A stretch of DNA of 64,000 nucleotides. Source: Hyphochytrium catenoides (Eukaryota; Protista; Hyphochytriomycota). The stretch lies in assembly GCA_900088475.1 (NCBI GenBank), contig FLMG01001010.1, forward strand, positions 186,001 to 250,000, written 5' to 3'. Shown one piece after another: positions 59,918 through 64,000 of this stretch (its first letter is position 1; every line of letters starts with the position of its first letter). The translations under genes were made by a program, and so were the position numbers. The notes beneath the pieces were generated by a model that saw only the letters and a program-made list of their open reading frames with translations, ran no database searches and was not told where the DNA came from.

Positions 59918-62900
59918 ATGTCTGCCGTGCTGGACTACCTGTCATCTCCGCTTAGGAACCTTATAACGCAGACACTCCAGTCTATCCTAAGCAAGTACAT
60001 TGAGAACATCAAGTTGGACAGTCTAGGGGTCTTTGGGGAGCTGGTGCTCAACAACCTTGAGCTGAAACGTGATGTCCTTCGCAGTTCATTACAGATTCCC
60101 TCAGGTCGCTTACTCCAGCTCTCTCTAAGTAGCCACTGTGTCTCTGAAAAGAGTGTTGCATTTGCTGCCTTTCCAACGTATAATTCTTGTCGTCTGTCAT
60201 TGTGCTTGTATTTCAGTCTGAATCAATGCACTCGACGGAGTGTTTGTTTTGCCTGACACGAGCGTGTGTCATCTGCAGCTTTTGATATTACTAGGGGATT
60301 CCTGCGCGAGCTAAAAATTCTGATTCCATGGAGGCAGATACTGACTCAGTCAATAGAAGTGAGTTCTACCGTTGAGCAGTCTACGAAATTCAATAGACTT
60401 AAGATCAAATGGTGACGTTATAGGTCAAACTCTCAACGATTGAGGTCATTCTTACAGCCAGAGGAACGGAGGGACTTGAGGTAATGCCCCTTGATGGCCA
60501 AGAAGCTTTTGATGAATTTGCACTAGCCTTGCTCTAATAATGTTAATCTCCTCATCTCAGGACTTAGAAGTAGTTGCGGCACAAGACAACACAGTGGAGG
60601 CTAAGAGCGATGCTCCAACTAACAAAGAGAAGCGGCCCTCGAAGGGAGAAGTGCCAGGATCTGCTCAAGGTGGAAAGGGATGGGGTCAGTCTCTGCTTAA
60701 TAAGCTTGCAGGTGTGCCGGGAATCTTGTTAATGAGATTAGTGCTCCTCGGTCAAGCTGACGTGACTGTTTGTTTCAATCAAAAAGCTCATGTCACCATT
60801 TCAGTGACAAACCTTGTCTTTAAGTACGAACAGGAGGATATCGTGCTCTCTCTGGCGTTGGGAAGTCTGAATATATTCACCGCAAATCCGGACGCTAACT
60901 GGCAAAGAACAGCGACCGCGGCAGAATCTACTAACTCAAAGCTAGATCCTAGATTTTACAATTTTAACTGTCGTCGTACTATCTTCAAGGTGGCGGAGCT
61001 GAAGGACCTCTCTATCTTTTTAGACAGAGCTGCGGTGCGAGAGACGAAGGTCAGGAGAGGTTCCTTTGGTGACTTGAAAAGTTCTCTTAGGCTTAGCTAC
61101 GCTTACCCTCTCTACTTTCCTTGAACTGCCTGTAGGACGGATCAGTCAGGGTTGCTCAGATCAATGAGGCGCCTCTACTCAGCCGAACTGCTATAAACTG
61201 TCGAGCGATGTTATTGCTCGAAAGAGAGGAGGAGGAAGAGTTTCCAAACTCGTACCAGAGGTCAAAGACCGATGCACAAGGAAACCCAGAGGACCGGCCC
61301 ACTTTTAAAGAGAAGTCGCCTATAGGAGAAGTAGAGGAGACGATAGCTCTGGGTCCCGATTTGGTTTTGGATCCATTTTATGACGGTTCCCGTAAGAAAG
61401 ACTGATGTTGCCCTTGCCCAAGTACTCCAATCTACTCCCGGCTCTCTAGACCTAACCCTCTCTCCCCTTCACATGACTCTGAATCCTAGCTGGTCGTCCT
61501 CCTTGCTTACCTAGCTACGCTGTGCCTGGTCTTGGTCCTGATCCGTTCTTCTAAACCTCCTTAACCTTCAAAATCAGAGAGTAATGCAGGGGGGTCTCTA
61601 CAAGTGGAGGAGATTCGAGCAGTTGTTGACATTAACGTCGAAAATCTGGCATTCTCCATCAGCGATCGGCAGATTGGTAAGAAGTTACCAACAGTAAGGC
61701 GCTCTGGGCCTTCATTGAAGCTTCTGAGCCCTTCTGTAGTAATGCTCCACAGATTTGCTCTGTTAGAAAGGCAAATGGCCTTAGAGATGAAAGAGGAAAG
61801 GAGAAGAAGGTCCAAAAGCTCACAGTTTGCTAGTTTTGACGCTCAAAGCGGAAAATTGAAAGAACCAACAAAACCTTCAGGTACTTTAATCGAACGCTAG
61901 TAGCCCTTTACATCTCTTCGCTTCTTCCTGGTATGTTAACTCTGCCACTTATAACTGTCCCTATTCGAGCCGTCTTCCCGCAAATCCTCTTTGGCGTTTA
62001 GGAGCCTATTGGACTGGTCACCAGGTGCTCATCGGTCCTTCTTTAGATGCTCCGAGCGAGAGAATGACGACAAAAATATCCAGTGGTGATAGAGATGTGG
62101 ATGTGCTGGGTTCTGAGCCAGATTCATCCGCCACTTCTCAATCCTCTATATCCAACAATGACTCTTCTTGGACGGGATGGGCGATGGGCCTCGTGTCTGG
62201 TGGCACTGGTACTGAGGATGAACTGGTCAAGGTACAATTAATTGTTCCTCGATGTGGCTCCCTGCTGCCGAGCGGCTGCTCACAAGTTTATAGGAACTAT
62301 TCGAAGAGAGTGAAGCAGCGCTTGCAGCAAGGGAGAGGGAAAGAACGTTACTAGAAGAGGCCAGACAGGCAAGTGACGTCACTTGAAAAACAAGCGATTG
62401 GCTGAACTGCGTGCGTGGCCGGACTCGATATCTCACTTCATACATCGACCTAACCCGCTCTATGTCTTGCTCGTTCCACTCTCAGAATTACCGGTCAGGT
62501 TTCGTGGTAATGGCCGAGGTCAAGAAAGTAACAGTCACTCTTAGAAAGCATACAGAAGGCTTGACAAGCACGGCTGTCGAACCGGAGATCAACAATGGGG
62601 GCGAAGAGGAAGAGCTGGTCTTTGAGCTCGTCCCGGTTGCTAGTCTTGGTCTAGTTAGGGTTCCGGTTATCAAGCATAAGTCCTCGTAAGTGTTAAGCAG
62701 GGGAGAGGAGTGTCGTCCTTCTCATACGACAGATCGTTCAGCTCCGGTCATGAAATTTCTTAGCTGTCGTCCTCAGATGCCTGGAAGCCGCCAAATTATT
62801 GGGTTTGAACCGACTGCTTAACTTGTGAAGATGGTTTGTTGAATCTAACACAATTATTGTTAGTGCAAGAAAGGTCGATACTTTTAAGGTACTGGCAGCA

Positions 62901-64000
62901 CTGGAAGTTGGCCGGATTCTAGCTCAGGTGAATAATTGTATAATGCGTGGGCTGCACTTCTGTAAAGTGTACCTGAACCTACCCGACTATCTCTGTAGCT
63001 AGAAGGCCTGTCTCATCTTGATATGATTCGTCGCGACATCAAGCTTGACATAGAAAGGATTCAGTTTCGGGAAACGCTTCCTGAAGCGTCAAACTTGAAA
63101 GGTAGTAGTGAGTCTTACCGCCTTCTGATCATTGCATTGTGCTTATCAGCTCTCTCATAATTATTCCTCAGTGGTTGACTGGGGTCGAACCATGGAAGAA
63201 GCAGAACGACGGCGCATTGCCCATCCCTACGACAATTGCTCCCTCTTTGTTGAGGAAAGTAGAGGGAGAAAGGCATTCTTAGGAGGGCAGGGTCATCGTA
63301 CTAGTAGATTGAAGCAAGCAGAAGCTTCTTCTGCGACGTGGTAGGTTTAGTCAGAACTCGTTGGATAACGAAAGGAACTTTGTTTAAAACGGTGTTTCTA
63401 GGGTAATCTACCCCACCCTTGAAGGAGGCACATCGCGTCGGTCAACAGTGCCCGGCGATCAGACAACAGTGTTGTGGGAGTGGTGCGAGAAGGAAGCTAA
63501 ACGTATTTGCACTATACATAGAAAAGAGCGGATTAGGCAGAACCACCATCCGGCAGAATACTTTTCATTGTTGGTTACTGAACTCCAGCAGTCCCTATCA
63601 TTCTTTAGCGTGGACCCTGGGACACTTGATGTTACAAAGGAAGTGTGGGTACGTTAGGTCAATTTGTCGTGAGCTAGCTTACCTAGTGTTCCTGCCTACA
63701 TCACTCCTGCATCAAAGTTACTCCGGCTCCTCGTGGCTGCTGCCAAGTACCTTTCCCAGTGTAATATTTCATCCCTGTTATATGCAGAGTATTCTCTCCA
63801 GATGCTTTGATGCCAAAGACTGCGAAACCATTAGTGCGCAAAAGGAGCTTCAATTCGTAACTCTGCTATTTACACTTCTGTCTAGACTAAAAGCAGAAGA
63901 AACAGGTACGCAGTCCTTACTCTTTCGCCTCTATGGCGGCATTTGAGCCGGTCATTCCCTGTTGAGTAGATTTAGACTGTAGTCAGTAGAAGAGATGCAT
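59918..64000 (+). CDS. VPS13: VPS13-family lipid transfer protein (VPS13B-like Chorein_N), 5' part running off the window
   Basis: Spliced N-terminus LQSILSKYIENIKLDSLGVFGELVLNNLELKRDVLRSSLQIPSAFDITRGFLRELKILIPWRQILTQSIEVKLSTIEVIL; later HVTISVTNLVFKYEQED and FKVAELKDLSIFLD. Confidence 0.88.

Noticed and set aside
1-64000. Alternative genetic code, or an operon-like functional cluster
   Set aside because: Conserved genes translate cleanly with the standard code and end in TAA, TAG or TGA once introns are removed. The neighbouring genes have unrelated housekeeping roles.

Overview
This is a gene-dense, intron-rich eukaryotic nuclear region, so the unspliced ORF track shows only exon fragments. 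All gene models below were spliced by hand using GT-AG sites and CTAAC-like branch points. The multi-PDZ protein style and the gene set suggest a stramenopile protist, which is inference only. In order, the window holds: a 3xPDZ protein, mitochondrial MnSOD, an orphan coiled-coil/multi-TM protein, tRNA-Gln(UUG), a kinesin-1-like motor, calnexin, a TOM1-like VHS-GAT protein, PRP28/DDX23, a probable IPT/TIG pseudogene remnant, a large golgin-like coiled-coil protein, a 2-oxoglutarate/malate-type carrier, an ABCF2-like ATPase, prefoldin 3, an atypical mitochondrial carrier, and the 5' part of a VPS13B-like gene. I found no CRISPR array, rRNA or intact mobile element. I cannot support a claim of a wholly new multi-gene system. 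The most interesting signals are: (1) introns that fall into GA-rich, CT-rich or GA-then-CT classes, together with relaxed splice signals; (2) a DDX3/Ded1-like YVPPHMR motif on the ABCF tail; (3) an NPF-rich TOM1-like tail; (4) kinesin regulatory motifs; and (5) several decayed islands, one next to a TTAGGG tract.
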